NCBI GenBank assembly: GCA_050259595.1
Contig: JBLNAX010000013.1
Location: forward strand, 11,364 to 75,363
DNA from: Acidobacteriota bacterium
GTDB taxonomy: Bacteria > Bacillota > Syntrophomonadia > Syntrophomonadales > DTU052
Reading direction: 5' to 3'
DNA length: 64,000 nucleotides
The position numbers were made by a program, and so were the translations under genes. Numbering within the stretch: position 1 is the first letter of the stretch; the number at the start of each line of letters is the position of its first letter. The notes under the pieces were generated by a model that worked only from the letters and a program-made list of their open reading frames with translations, had not been told where the DNA came from and ran no database searches. Of this stretch, positions 1-9,097 are shown piece after piece.

Positions 1-206
1 GTAAAAGGCGGCAATGTAATTTTTGCGCCGACAAAATAGAGTTTATTGATTACAAAGATGTGCCCAGGCTGCGCCGGTACATCACCGAAAAGGGCAAGAT
101 TTTGCCCCGCCGGATAACAGGCAATTGCGCTCACCACCAGCGCCAGATAACAGGCGCTATCAAACGAGCCAGAACGGTTGCCATGTTGCCTTTTATATCT
201 GAATAA
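1..206 (+). CDS. rpsR: 30S ribosomal protein S18, C-terminal part (5' end outside window)
   Basis: Frame-3 translation ...[63 protein letters not shown] matches the conserved S18 core. Stop TAA at 204-206. Confidence 0.85.
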   Translation, partial: KRRQCNFCADKIEFIDYKDVPRLRRYITEKGKILPRRITGNCAHHQRQITGAIKRARTVAMLPFISE

Positions 207-211
207 GACTA

Positions 212-246
212 AAAGCCGCGGGAAATCCCGCGGCTTTTCCTTTTGG
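212..246 (+). terminator. Rho-independent terminator after rpsR
   Basis: GC-rich hairpin AGCCGCGGGA/TCCCGCGGCT followed by a T-run. Confidence 0.7.
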
Positions 247-357
247 AAATAGCATGCTTCGCTATCTCTGCTAAACAGGCCTTGTTCGCTTCCGGGAAGG
301 AAAATCCCGCCAGGTTAGCGAATAGAAATATATCTTAACCCGAACAGGGGGATAAAA

Positions 358-678
358 GTGTTGGCAAGTATGAAAAGTCAGGTCGATATTGCGAAAAACA
401 TACGTATTATAGAGTGGCTAAAGGCCGAGATGGTCGAGTCAGTTGCGATACTTTTCAAATCATTGCTGAGGACCGGAGACGAGGCGGTCAGTGACTGCCT
501 GGCCACAATCATCATAACCACATATATTCTTGGCAAAAGAGTCGGTGTAAGTTTTCCGCATATAGACCTTAAGGTTGAGAGCAAGCTAAGGTTTAGTATC
601 AATGAAGCCCATGAAGTAGAAAAATGGTATGGAGACCTTTCTGCTTTGCTTGGGTATCTGGAGAATCGCAAGAAGTGA
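358..678 (+). CDS. small MazG-like/hypothetical protein found between rpsR and yybS in Clostridia
   Basis: 106-aa ORF (GTG/TTG start preceded by GGGGGA). The IEWLK...LGKRVG...EKWYGDL pattern is recalled from small MazG-like family proteins at this syntenic position. The product call is tentative. Confidence 0.45.
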   Translation: MLASMKSQVDIAKNIRIIEWLKAEMVESVAILFKSLLRTGDEAVSDCLATIIITTYILGKRVGVSFPHIDLKVESKLRFSINEAHEVEKWYGDLSALLGYLENRKK

Positions 679-1643
679 GAATATTTTTTGCCGTTTTTGG
701 GTATGCAATTGCCCTTTTTATACTCTGCCTGGGGATAATCCGCATTCCAAACCTGGAAAGCGTCTGGGCGATAATGGTGACAGTTTTGTTGGTAGTAGCC
801 GGACGCCGGGGGAAAGCTTGGCTTTTGCTCATCTTGGTTGCCATCTGTCTAGTAGCGATTCCGTCTTATGGGTATCATTCAATTGCCTTTTTGCTAGTTT
901 CAGCTATCCCTGGTGTAGCCATGGGGTTGGGTATCAGGCATTGGCCCAAGTTCTCCCAGGTAATGGCGCTGGGCTTTGCTGGTGCCGCAGTGGGGCTTGG
1001 CATATGGTGGCTGTATCTTCACTCTCATGGAGCGGCTGTGGGGATGCACTGGTTTGAACAACTGTATGCTGAGATCTGTAAGATCCTCCTGGTAAAGCCT
1101 GAATTTAAAGAAATGAACGCCCGGCAGAGTATTACTATGGATCAGGTTCAACTGATAATGAAAGAAATATCGGAAAGTTTGTCCCGGGTCCGCTATGGAT
1201 TCTTCGTTATGCAGGAATGGGTCAAGGTATTCATAGCCCTATTGGTGGTAAGAGTATTGAGCGACTCGCAGAAACAGCTCACCGTCAGGCCTTTTAGCCA
1301 GCAGCAAATGGCATGGGAAATCGACTACCTAATAATTGCGGCTTTTGCGTTGATATTGGCCGGCGGTCAGTGGAACCTGGCTTGGGCCAGATTGGCTGGA
1401 ACTAACATAATCTTCGTTCTTGCGCCGATCACGGTGTATTATGGATTAGCAGTTGCTGTTTTTCACATATCCAACTGGAAAATGAATTTCTGGCTGATTA
1501 TCGGCTTATCACTATTCATTCCATTATTGATCATTACGCCATTTTTGCTACCACAGTTCTTGATATTTTTTGCGGTACTTGGTATATTTGACCCGCTTAT
1601 TGATTATAGAAATTTCGAACACCAGAAGGAGGATCCTGAATGA
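675..1643 (+). CDS. YybS-like (DUF2232) polytopic membrane protein
   Basis: Highly hydrophobic multi-TM protein immediately upstream of rplI (ATGA overlap at 1640), as for yybS in Bacillus and Clostridia. The ORF opens at 624, but the start is more likely the GTG at 675, just after the upstream gene's stop. Confidence 0.55.
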   Translation: MRIFFAVFGYAIALFILCLGIIRIPNLESVWAIMVTVLLVVAGRRGKAWLLLILVAICLVAIPSYGYHSIAFLLVSAIPGVAMGLGIRHWPKFSQVMALGFAGAAVGLGIWWLYLHSHGAAVGMHWFEQLYAEICKILLVKPEFKEMNARQSITMDQVQLIMKEISESLSRVRYGFFVMQEWVKVFIALLVVRVLSDSQKQLTVRPFSQQQMAWEIDYLIIAAFALILAGGQWNLAWARLAGTNIIFVLAPITVYYGLAVAVFHISNWKMNFWLIIGLSLFIPLLIITPFLLPQFLIFFAVLGIFDPLIDYRNFEHQKEDPE

Positions 1644-2089
1644 AAGTTATATTACTGGCTGATGTTAAAGGACTTGGCCCCAAAGGTAAGGTTGTGGAAG
1701 TGGCGGACGGGTATGCCCGCAATTTCCTTCTGCCGAAGAACTTAGCGGCGGAAGCGACTGAGGGTCGTATAAAAGAGCAGCAAGCCCAGGACAAACGAAG
1801 TGAACAGAAGCGTGAGAAAGAAGAAGACAAAGCACTTAAGCTCAAGAATGTTGTTGATAATAAAACAGTAACCATCAACTCTAAATGTGGAGATGGTGGC
1901 AAACTGTTCGGTGCTATCACTTCCAAGGAAATTGCTGATGCGCTAAAGAGTCAGTTGAAAGTCGATATCGATAAGAAGAAGATAGAGATAAAAGAAGCCA
2001 TGAAACACCTAGGGGAATATCCGGTCAAGATCAAGATCCACCACTCGATAGTTGCTGACATAAAAGTGCTTGTTGAAGAACAAAAGTAA
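1640..2089 (+). CDS. rplI: 50S ribosomal protein L9
   Basis: [36 protein letters not shown]... is the canonical L9 N-terminus. 149 aa. Confidence 0.92.
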   Translation: MKVILLADVKGLGPKGKVVEVADGYARNFLLPKNLAAEATEGRIKEQQAQDKRSEQKREKEEDKALKLKNVVDNKTVTINSKCGDGGKLFGAITSKEIADALKSQLKVDIDKKKIEIKEAMKHLGEYPVKIKIHHSIVADIKVLVEEQK

Positions 2090-2172
2090 AATGGTTTTCT
2101 GATCCATGAGATGTGTATATGTTACTCTCGGCTCCGTTGCAGAAACGGTGTCCTGCCTTTGTGTTCCCTTTA

Positions 2173-2207
2173 TTGACACCTTTGTTCCTACCTGCTAATA
2201 TTACTTT
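2173..2207 (+). promoter_or_regulatory. sigma-A-type promoter for purA (TTGACA-17-TAATAT)
   Basis: TTGACA at 2173 and TAATAT 17 nt downstream. RBS AGGAGGTG precedes the GTG start of purA. Confidence 0.5.
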
Positions 2208-2244
2208 GTTGACTCCATAGACCGGAGCCACAGGAGGTGAGCCT

Positions 2245-3525
2245 GTGTCCACATTAGTATTGATGGGCGCCCAGTGGGGCGACGAAGGCAAAGGCAAAAT
2301 AACAGATTTTCTGGCTGAACAAGCAGATTATGTAGTAAGGTATCAAGGCGGAAGTAATGCCGGGCACACAGTTGTAGTCGGCAGTGATAAATTTCAGCTG
2401 CACCTGATTCCATCCGGTATTCTGTATCCAGAAACAGTATCGGTAATAGGCAACGGTGTGGCATTAGATCCGGTTATATTGTTGGAAGAGTTGGATGGCT
2501 TAAAGGAGCGGGGGGTGGACATCTCCAAGCTCAAGATCAGCAGCCGTGCCCATGTGCTTATGCCATACCATAAGACCTTTGATGAATTGCAGGAAGTGGG
2601 ATCCCGTAAACTGGGAACCACCAAACGCGGTATAGGACCTTTATACGCTGACAAGATCAGTCGTACTGGTTTCCGGGTTATTGATATGCTGGATGACCGC
2701 TATTTTCCAGAAAAACTCAAACTGATCGTTGAAGAGAAGAATACCATACTGGAAAAGATTTATGATCAAAAGGGTTTTGATTTCAAGCAAATGCTTGACG
2801 AGTTTAAATTCTATGCAGAGCGCATGCGTTCAATGGTGGTTGATACATCGCTGCTGATCAACCGCGCAATCGATTCTGGTAAGCGGGTGTTGTTTGAGGG
2901 AGCTCAGGGGACATTGCTCGACATTGATCACGGTACATATCCTTATGTAACATCTTCTCATCCAGTAGCTGGCGGGGCTTGTGTTGGCGCCGGTGTTGGC
3001 CCGACTAAGATCAATAGGGTCTTGGGGATCGTTAAGGCATACACTACCCGGGTGGGCGATGGACCTTTCCCCACTGAACTGCATGATGATGTCGGTGAGG
3101 CTATCCGTAAACGCGGTGATGAATTCGGTACTACCACCGGGCGCCCCCGGCGCTGTGGTTGGCTCGACACCGTGGTTCTTCGCTATGCAGCGCGGGTCAA
3201 TGGCTTGACCGATATTGCGATTACCAAGCTGGATGTTTTGGACGAATTCGATAAGATAAAGATCTGTGTAGCTTACCGCTACAACGGCAAACTGCTCGAA
3301 GATTTTCCGGACAGCCTACAGGTTTTGGATGAATGCGAACCGGTCTACATCGAAGTTGACGGCTGGCGGGAAAGTCTGGAAGGCATCACAAAGTATGATG
3401 ATCTGCCGGGCAATGCCCAAAGCTATATCGAGCAGATAGTCAAGCTGACCGGGGTCAACCACTGCATGGTGGCGGTCGGTCCAGACAGAGCCCAGACCAT
3501 AGTAACGAATAGTCTGTTTGACTAG
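2245..3525 (+). CDS. purA: adenylosuccinate synthetase
   Basis: GTG start. QWGDEGKGK P-loop, the GIGP, TTTGR and KLDVLD motifs, 426 aa. Confidence 0.95.
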   Translation: MSTLVLMGAQWGDEGKGKITDFLAEQADYVVRYQGGSNAGHTVVVGSDKFQLHLIPSGILYPETVSVIGNGVALDPVILLEELDGLKERGVDISKLKISSRAHVLMPYHKTFDELQEVGSRKLGTTKRGIGPLYADKISRTGFRVIDMLDDRYFPEKLKLIVEEKNTILEKIYDQKGFDFKQMLDEFKFYAERMRSMVVDTSLLINRAIDSGKRVLFEGAQGTLLDIDHGTYPYVTSSHPVAGGACVGAGVGPTKINRVLGIVKAYTTRVGDGPFPTELHDDVGEAIRKRGDEFGTTTGRPRRCGWLDTVVLRYAARVNGLTDIAITKLDVLDEFDKIKICVAYRYNGKLLEDFPDSLQVLDECEPVYIEVDGWRESLEGITKYDDLPGNAQSYIEQIVKLTGVNHCMVAVGPDRAQTIVTNSLFD

Positions 3526-3580
3526 AATTTGACAAACATTATTCGGGCATAATCCATTATAATAATAGATACAAGTTTTG

Positions 3581-3657
3581 GGGTGATTAGCTCAGCCGGT
3601 TAGAGCGCTTGCCTCACATGCAAGAGGCCGTGGGTTCGAGTCCCTCATCGCCCACCA
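3581..3657 (+). tRNA. tRNA-Val (anticodon CAC)
   Basis: Cloverleaf with 7-bp acceptor stem GGGTGAT/ATCGCCC, anticodon stem CTTGC/GCAAG, loop CTCACAT, T-loop TTCGAGT and encoded CCA. One T-T mismatch in the T-stem. Confidence 0.8.
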
Positions 3658-3665
3658 TTGAAGAC

Positions 3666-3697
3666 AAAGCCTTCCGAGATTTCGGAAGGCTTTTTGT
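3666..3697 (+). terminator. Rho-independent terminator after tRNA-Val
   Basis: AGCCTTCCGA-GATT-TCGGAAGGCT hairpin followed by TTTTTGTATTTG. Confidence 0.8.
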
Positions 3698-3821
3698 ATT
3701 TGTTAGACATTATTGAAGCTTCACCTTGCCTGTTAATGCAGTTTAACAATATGATTATTGAAAGAGCCGTCATACATTCATATACTGAGGTAGCTGAGAA
3801 TGGATTACGAGGAGAATACAT

Positions 3822-4733
3822 ATGAATTGTCCCTATTGCAGTTCGGAAATCAATGATAACAGCCACTTCTGTCCGTTTTGTGGTAAAGAGCTTGTCAACG
3901 AAAGAAAGTGCGCATATTGCAGGACGGTGTTGGCAGACAACCAGGATACTTGTACTAAATGCGGCACCCGTGTGGGATTTCCAATGGCATCTGCAGCTGT
4001 GGTCGACCCTGGCCAACCTGACCGGAGTGAACCTGTTTATCAGACAATGGACCAAAATCAAACTGTGCGCTGTACATACTGCGGACAGCAGATCCTGGCG
4101 GGGCAGCCCTATTGTACAAAGTGCGGCACCCGAGTAGGGCGCATGACAGAACCCGTTGGGCCAGTCACTACCATGTCATCTCAGATGAATTCGCCTGTAC
4201 ATCCACCGAAAAGTGGATACGGAAATAAGGCGGCATTTACCCGAGGCGCCTATGCCGGGGTGGGAATGAGGTTTTTAGCTACGTTTATCGATTGCATAAT
4301 AGGGTCGATCACCTGGTTTATCATGATGTTTACTGGAGTGGTCATTTTGGTTATATATTTGGATATAAATTACAGCAGAAAACCAATTGACAGTGAAACG
4401 GGAATAGCTGTTCTTATTTCAACACTGGTGTGGTTTATTATAGGGGTGTTTTATTACATAGGTTTCGAGGCATTGGCTGGTGGTACGCTGGGCAAGTTGA
4501 TATGCGGAATGAGGATATTAAGAACCGACGGTTCAAAAATAGGATCGCGAGAAGCGGCATTAAGAACTGTGGCAAGAATAATCGACGGTATTTGCTTTTA
4601 CCTGTTGGCTGCACTATGTGTCTGGTTTACTGACAGCCGCCAGCGTTTGGGCGACATGATGGCTGATACGGTCGTTGTCTATAAGAAAAAGATAGATTTG
4701 AGCCAAGCTTCATTTGCAATGAAGCAATATTGA
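3822..4733 (+). CDS. zinc-ribbon repeat / RDD-family membrane protein
   Basis: Three CxxC...CxxC zinc-ribbon units (CPYCSSEI..CPFCG, CAYCRT..CTKCG, CTYCGQ..CTKCG), then an RDD-like polytopic domain (RGAYAG...FIDCIIG...). Confidence 0.7.
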   Translation: MNCPYCSSEINDNSHFCPFCGKELVNERKCAYCRTVLADNQDTCTKCGTRVGFPMASAAVVDPGQPDRSEPVYQTMDQNQTVRCTYCGQQILAGQPYCTKCGTRVGRMTEPVGPVTTMSSQMNSPVHPPKSGYGNKAAFTRGAYAGVGMRFLATFIDCIIGSITWFIMMFTGVVILVIYLDINYSRKPIDSETGIAVLISTLVWFIIGVFYYIGFEALAGGTLGKLICGMRILRTDGSKIGSREAALRTVARIIDGICFYLLAALCVWFTDSRQRLGDMMADTVVVYKKKIDLSQASFAMKQY

Positions 4734-4742
4734 TATAAGAAC

Positions 4743-5165
4743 TTACTCATTCTTTTCCACGACTAGAACTTGAACCAGCCGCAGGGGTGGCTTGGTATTC
4801 AACCTGCGATAAACTGAAGCAGAACGAAAGTATTTTGATAAGCCTGCTCTGATCAATCGTGGTTTGACAGGCTCGTATCCAAAGGGCTGAAGGATCACCT
4901 TGACCATTGTACCGACAGCTTGTTTGTTAAAGTCATTGGCCAGGTCGAATTCGGCTTGCTGGCCAAAATTGCCCTCAAGATCTACGATAACAGCGCCCAA
5001 GGCCGGATGCCCGGCATCAGAAGACAGAATCATCTTTTGGATGTTGGTGAGATCGGCTAAGAAATCGAAAATGCCCTGAGCTGAGCTGTTACCCTTGAGT
5101 CGACCATATTTACCATAGGCATCTAGGAAATCATTAAAGTCAAGAGTGCCGTTTTCATTCATCAT
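4743..5165 (-). CDS. hypothetical protein
   Basis: ORF with internal GAGGAG RBS 6 nt before ATGATG (MMNENGTLDF...). No recognisable family. Confidence 0.45.
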   Translation of the reverse strand: MMNENGTLDFNDFLDAYGKYGRLKGNSSAQGIFDFLADLTNIQKMILSSDAGHPALGAVIVDLEGNFGQQAEFDLANDFNKQAVGTMVKVILQPFGYEPVKPRLIRAGLSKYFRSASVYRRLNTKPPLRLVQVLVVEKNE

Positions 5166-5285
5166 TATCTCCTCAAAACTAAGTCTCAAAAATAAGTCTT
5201 ACTATTAAGGCTATGTATAATGGTAGGCTTTGTCAAGTGACACAATGAGAGAATCGTTGGCCGGTGTTGTGGAAACAACCCCTAC

Positions 5286-5314
5286 CTTGACAATAGCCGG
5301 ACTGATTCTTACAA
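5286..5314 (+). promoter_or_regulatory. promoter of the tRNA-Asp/Phe/Gly-SCIFF transcription unit (TTGACA-17-TACAAT)
   Basis: TTGACA at 5286-5291 and TACAAT at 5309-5314. tRNA-Asp begins at 5327. A second extended -10 (TGTATAAT) lies at about 5212. Confidence 0.55.
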
Positions 5315-5326
5315 TTATAAGAGCCC

Positions 5327-5403
5327 GGAGTTGTGGTGTAGTCGGTTAACATACTGGCCTGTCAAGCCAGAGACCGCGGGTTCGAGTCCCGTCAACTCCG
5401 CCA
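5327..5403 (+). tRNA. tRNA-Asp (GTC)
   Basis: Acceptor GGAGTTG/CAACTCC, anticodon stem CTGGC/GCCAG with loop CTGTCAA, T-loop TTCGAGT, GCCA end. Confidence 0.88.
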
Positions 5404-5407
5404 TTTT

Positions 5408-5483
<76 letters not shown>

Positions 5484-5489
5484 TTATGA

Positions 5490-5564
5490 GCGGGATTAGC
5501 TCAGTGGTAGAGCATCGGCTTCCCAAGCCGAGGGCCGCGGGTTCGAATCCCGTTTCCCGCTCCA
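5490..5564 (+). tRNA. tRNA-Gly (CCC)
   Basis: GCGGGATTAGCTCAGTGGTAGAGC..., anticodon stem TCGGC/GCCGA with loop TTCCCAA, T-loop TTCGAAT, TCCA end. Confidence 0.85.
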
Positions 5565-5600
5565 TACTTATTCTTCATCCGGTAATCAAGGGGTGAGATC

Positions 5601-5738
5601 ATGGGTAAACACGTTAACACAATCGTTGCGCCGGTACTTAAGAAAGGCGAAAACACCAACTGCAGAGAATGCCAGGCATCATGCCAATCAGCCTGCAAAA
5701 CATCATGCACAGTTGGCAATCAAGTATGTAAGAAATAA
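5601..5738 (+). CDS. scfA: SCIFF (six cysteines in forty-five residues) ribosomal peptide precursor
   Basis: 45-codon ORF MGKHVNTIVAPVLKKGENTNCRECQASCQSACKTSCTVGNQVCKK. It has exactly six Cys in 45 aa with the CxECQxSCQSACKTSC core. Strong RBS AAGGGGTGAG 6 nt upstream of the ATG. It is below the ORF-track length cutoff. Confidence 0.85.
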   Translation: MGKHVNTIVAPVLKKGENTNCRECQASCQSACKTSCTVGNQVCKK

Positions 5739-5795
5739 ACCCGTCCGACTAATGACAAAAGCGAATCTCTGCGTTATTAGAAACCCCCGTTTGAC

Positions 5796-6000
5796 GGCGA
5801 GCTGTTTCGCCTAATGCCGATGGAATCGAATCTGAGGCTTGCCGACAGATGAGCAGCGGCCAATCAACGTACTCATCAAAACGCCTGACGGCGCAGTGTC
5901 GCGCCAAATGCCGTAGGATCGAATCAGGCGCTTACAACTGATGAGCTACGGCTAATCACGGGGTTTCCTAATGCCTTGACCTTCACTCTTGTCATCAGCC
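5796..6000 (+). repeat. 2.3 tandem copies of a ~94-nt structured repeat (hairpin + AATGCCG + GGAATCGAATC-like block), possibly decayed tRNA fragments or a structured RNA
   Basis: Unit A at 5796 (GGCGAGCTGTTTCGCC TAATGCCGATGGAATCGAATCTGAGGC...GATGAG...CTCATC) and unit B at 5890 (GGCGCAGTGTCGCGCC AAATGCCGTAGGATCGAATCAGGCGC...CTGATGAG...TCATCAG). A partial third copy starts CCTAATGCC at about 5968. Confidence 0.6.
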
Positions 6001-6015
6001 TGATTGGTTAGTAAC

Positions 6016-6047
6016 GTAACCCGTGTAACGCGGGTTTTTTCTTTTTT
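6016..6047 (+). terminator. Rho-independent terminator ending the tRNA-SCIFF-repeat unit
   Basis: AACCCGTGTAACGCGGGTT followed by TTTTTCTTTTTTT. Confidence 0.85.
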
Positions 6048-6262
6048 TGCTGTGGGACAGATGTGTTCCGCTGGGCTAAACTGTTATCCGATGATGGATA
6101 GTTAGTTAAAAAGAGGGAAATAGCCAGTTTGTAGCGAATAGACAACAAAAATATAATCACACGAGCTAGCTTTCTTTGAAGTAATCATTTCGACCGCTCT
6201 TCTTGTTTTATTTGTTTTCCTGAGAGGCTTACGGAACAAAATCATATCCGGGGGGTTTATTG

Positions 6263-8875
6263 ATGAGCGATAGCCAGCAGGTCGTTGGCCACCTAACGCG
6301 TCAATACAGTATCAGGACCCTGGTTCTTTGCGCTTTGGGCAATGTGTTCTTTGGCTCTTTGTTCTGCATCTGGTATCATGTTGCGGATTTGCAGACCTGG
6401 ATACTTGTTGTTGTGGCAGCCATGGGCGGCGGCGTGGTTACAGCCGCGATCACGGTGAAGCTCAACATCAAGAGGTTCTTTGTGCCTATGGGGTTGATGC
6501 TGCATAATGTAAGTACAGTCGCTAAGGGTGATTTGAGGGATAACCTGTCCCAACACCATTTTGAGACGATGGATATCATGCGCGATGCACTGAGTAAGAT
6601 GGACACGGAAATCGTTAGATTGGTTTTTATGGTAACAGCTATTACGGGTGTAGTCGAGCAGTCGGCCAAACAATTAGGCGATGAGACGACTTCGACTAAT
6701 AATGTAGCTAGGGAGGTTTCACTGGCTATCGCTGAAGTGGCCAAGGGCGCCGCCGACCAAGACCTGGCGCTTCGCCAAATCGTCGAGGAGACCGAACGGA
6801 TAATAAGTAACATCAATATAATCGAAGAAGAGTCCAAGCAGCTTGCAGTAGGTTTTGAACAGGTCAAGGGCAGTATCGATGAAGGCTCTAAAGCTATTGA
6901 CCAGCAGCATGAGCGCTTGGAAAGCAACAGGCTGGTGATCAAGCAGATCAACCAGGCCATAACTGATTTGGCTCATAAGTCGCAAGAAATTGGCAATATC
7001 ATGGAGACCATTTCGGAAATAGCTGAGCAAACTAACCTGCTGGCCTTAAATGCATCTATTGAAGCGGCTCGCAGCGGCGAGCGCGGTCGCGGCTTTCAGG
7101 TCGTCTCTCAACAAGTGCGGAAATTGGCTGAAGAATCAGCACGGGCTGCGGTGGAAACCGGCAAGCTGACCGAAGGCATTAAAAAGAGTATACTGCAGGT
7201 CAAAACCGAAGCGCATGTGGCCGAAGAATCGGTCAGAGGGCAGGAGGAAGCCATCGAAGATAACCAGAAAGCCATTAAATCGGTTTTCACCAATATTCAA
7301 CAGATATTGGGCAGCCTTTTCAGACTGTCCGATCAGATTACCGATATTTCTAAATCGATCAATGATATGCTGGTCTCAGTGAGTCATGTTCGCGATGTGA
7401 CCGCAAAAACTTCCGATGGGGCCAATAAGATATCCACTACCGCCACCCGCCAGGCTGGGATTATGGAGCAGATCAAGGGGAAATCGATCGTCCTTTTACA
7501 TGATCTGGTTGAAGAATTAAAACAGACTACCAGCAAGTTCTCATTGCCGAAAGACTTGCAATTAGAAAAAGGGGCGGAGATAAAGCCCTTGAACCTGGAT
7601 GAATTAAAAGCGGTTGCCAAGCATTATCGAATCAAAACAGTTGTTTTTGCCGGGATCATGGGAACCGTTCTCTTCTCCTGGATCATTGCCCTGGTTGGGC
7701 AAGTTAATAATACTGAAGGATGGATCAAAGCTATTATTTGTACTGCGGCATCAGGAACGATTCTGGCCATCATTTCTACCTCCAATAATATAAAGGATTT
7801 CATTTTCCCAACGGCGGTTTTGGTAGAGTTTGCTGATGGTGTAGCCCAAGGTAATCTGAACCGCAACATAGATCAGCAGACAAGAATGGGTAAGCTGGAA
7901 ATGATCAAGGTCGAGTTTAATAACCTGCTTTCGGAAATGCGGGCCATTGCCAGTAATGTAAGAGACCACTGTATCGAGCTCCATGACGAAGCAGCCAAGA
8001 CTGTGGATATGGCTAATGAAACCTCTGTCAATGCTCAAGAGATAGGCATCACGGTGGGAGAGATCGCTCAAGGTGCTACTGACCAGGCAAGTGGTTTAAC
8101 AGATGCTTCGGCTGAACTTAGTCACATATTTAGCCATCTGGACTCCATAATGGGAACCATTTCACAGTTGACGCAATTCTCGGCAGAGACAGAGAGCACA
8201 GTTGACAATGCCTCACAAAATGCTGCTGTTCAAAAGAACAAAGTTGAACAAAATATGGGAGCCATCAATAAGGTGGCTGATGCAGTACGCGACCTCGAGG
8301 AAAAGTCAGCAGCGATCGGTCAGATAGTCGAGGTTATAACCACCATTGCTAGCGATACCAACCTATTGGCCCTGAACGCGGCTATTGAAGCGGCTAAGGC
8401 TGGAGTCGAGGGTCGGGGATTTGCAGTGGTAGCCAGTGAGGTGAAGAAATTAGCTGAAGAAACACTGGGTGCTGCCCAGAAGATATATGATTTGATAGAG
8501 GATATTCAAACCGGGACCAGAAAAGTAGTATCCGACATGGAGAATGCGCGCCAGGCCTTAAAGGACCAGGTCAAGGCGGTATACTTCAGTGAGCAGGTTC
8601 TGGAACAGGTCAATACACAAATGGGACCGATCAATATCAAGACTCGTGAATTGATCCAGAACTGCAACATAATGAATGGCGCCACCCAGCAGATCGCCCG
8701 AGATATCGAGAGTATCGCGGCGGCTAGCCAGGAGACGGCTGCCTCATCGCAAGAGGTTTCCGCTTCATCAGAAGAACAGGAGAGATTAGTGGAAAGCATG
8801 AAACATAATATGGAGCAGTTCGCAGTTCTCACAGACAAGCTTTATCGCCGGCTCTCCCGGTTGAACCTGGCCTAA
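6263..8875 (+). CDS. methyl-accepting chemotaxis protein with two complete TM-linker-MCP signalling modules (double MCP)
   Basis: Two copies of the MCP signalling core ([25 protein letters not shown] at about aa 255 and [25 protein letters not shown] at about aa 695). Each follows a hydrophobic pair and an xDGDLRE / AQGNLN linker. ATG at 6263 follows GGGGGG. Confidence 0.85.
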   Translation: MSDSQQVVGHLTRQYSIRTLVLCALGNVFFGSLFCIWYHVADLQTWILVVVAAMGGGVVTAAITVKLNIKRFFVPMGLMLHNVSTVAKGDLRDNLSQHHFETMDIMRDALSKMDTEIVRLVFMVTAITGVVEQSAKQLGDETTSTNNVAREVSLAIAEVAKGAADQDLALRQIVEETERIISNINIIEEESKQLAVGFEQVKGSIDEGSKAIDQQHERLESNRLVIKQINQAITDLAHKSQEIGNIMETISEIAEQTNLLALNASIEAARSGERGRGFQVVSQQVRKLAEESARAAVETGKLTEGIKKSILQVKTEAHVAEESVRGQEEAIEDNQKAIKSVFTNIQQILGSLFRLSDQITDISKSINDMLVSVSHVRDVTAKTSDGANKISTTATRQAGIMEQIKGKSIVLLHDLVEELKQTTSKFSLPKDLQLEKGAEIKPLNLDELKAVAKHYRIKTVVFAGIMGTVLFSWIIALVGQVNNTEGWIKAIICTAASGTILAIISTSNNIKDFIFPTAVLVEFADGVAQGNLNRNIDQQTRMGKLEMIKVEFNNLLSEMRAIASNVRDHCIELHDEAAKTVDMANETSVNAQEIGITVGEIAQGATDQASGLTDASAELSHIFSHLDSIMGTISQLTQFSAETESTVDNASQNAAVQKNKVEQNMGAINKVADAVRDLEEKSAAIGQIVEVITTIASDTNLLALNAAIEAAKAGVEGRGFAVVASEVKKLAEETLGAAQKIYDLIEDIQTGTRKVVSDMENARQALKDQVKAVYFSEQVLEQVNTQMGPINIKTRELIQNCNIMNGATQQIARDIESIAAASQETAASSQEVSASSEEQERLVESMKHNMEQFAVLTDKLYRRLSRLNLA

Positions 8876-8897
8876 GTAAGTTAATTGAAGATTATTA

Positions 8898-8925
8898 AAA
8901 GAACCCCATTTGGGGTTCTTTTTTA
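8898..8925 (+). terminator. Rho-independent terminator
   Basis: GAACCCCATTTGGGGTTC followed by TTTTTT. Confidence 0.85.
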
Positions 8926-9097
8926 TGGAATCAGAACACATTGTCGTTGATTTTCTTTAATTGCTAGACAATTTATTTTCCTATAGAAGGTAATTTGTAA
9001 ATAAATAGAGAAATATACGCATATCTGCGTAATTTACCTTTTGGAAATTGTAATTTTATAAATGATTTCATTTGTGTTTCGAAGAGGAGGCAAAGAC

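Noticed and set aside
629-1057. 142-aa plus-strand ORF overlapping the YybS-like gene
   Set aside because: Alternative frame inside a clearly hydrophobic membrane-protein gene. Trp/Cys/Arg-rich low-complexity translation typical of off-frame GC-rich sequence.
5593-5814. 73-aa ORF listed on the plus strand
   Set aside because: It overlaps the 45-codon SCIFF ORF in another frame, has no RBS and runs into the tandem repeat region. The SCIFF frame has a strong RBS and the six-Cys signature.
5850-5960. CUGAUGAG motifs suggesting a hammerhead ribozyme
   Set aside because: Only the CUGAUGA box is present. No appropriately placed GAAA/stem III or cleavage triplet, and the motif pairs with downstream TCATCAG as a simple hairpin.
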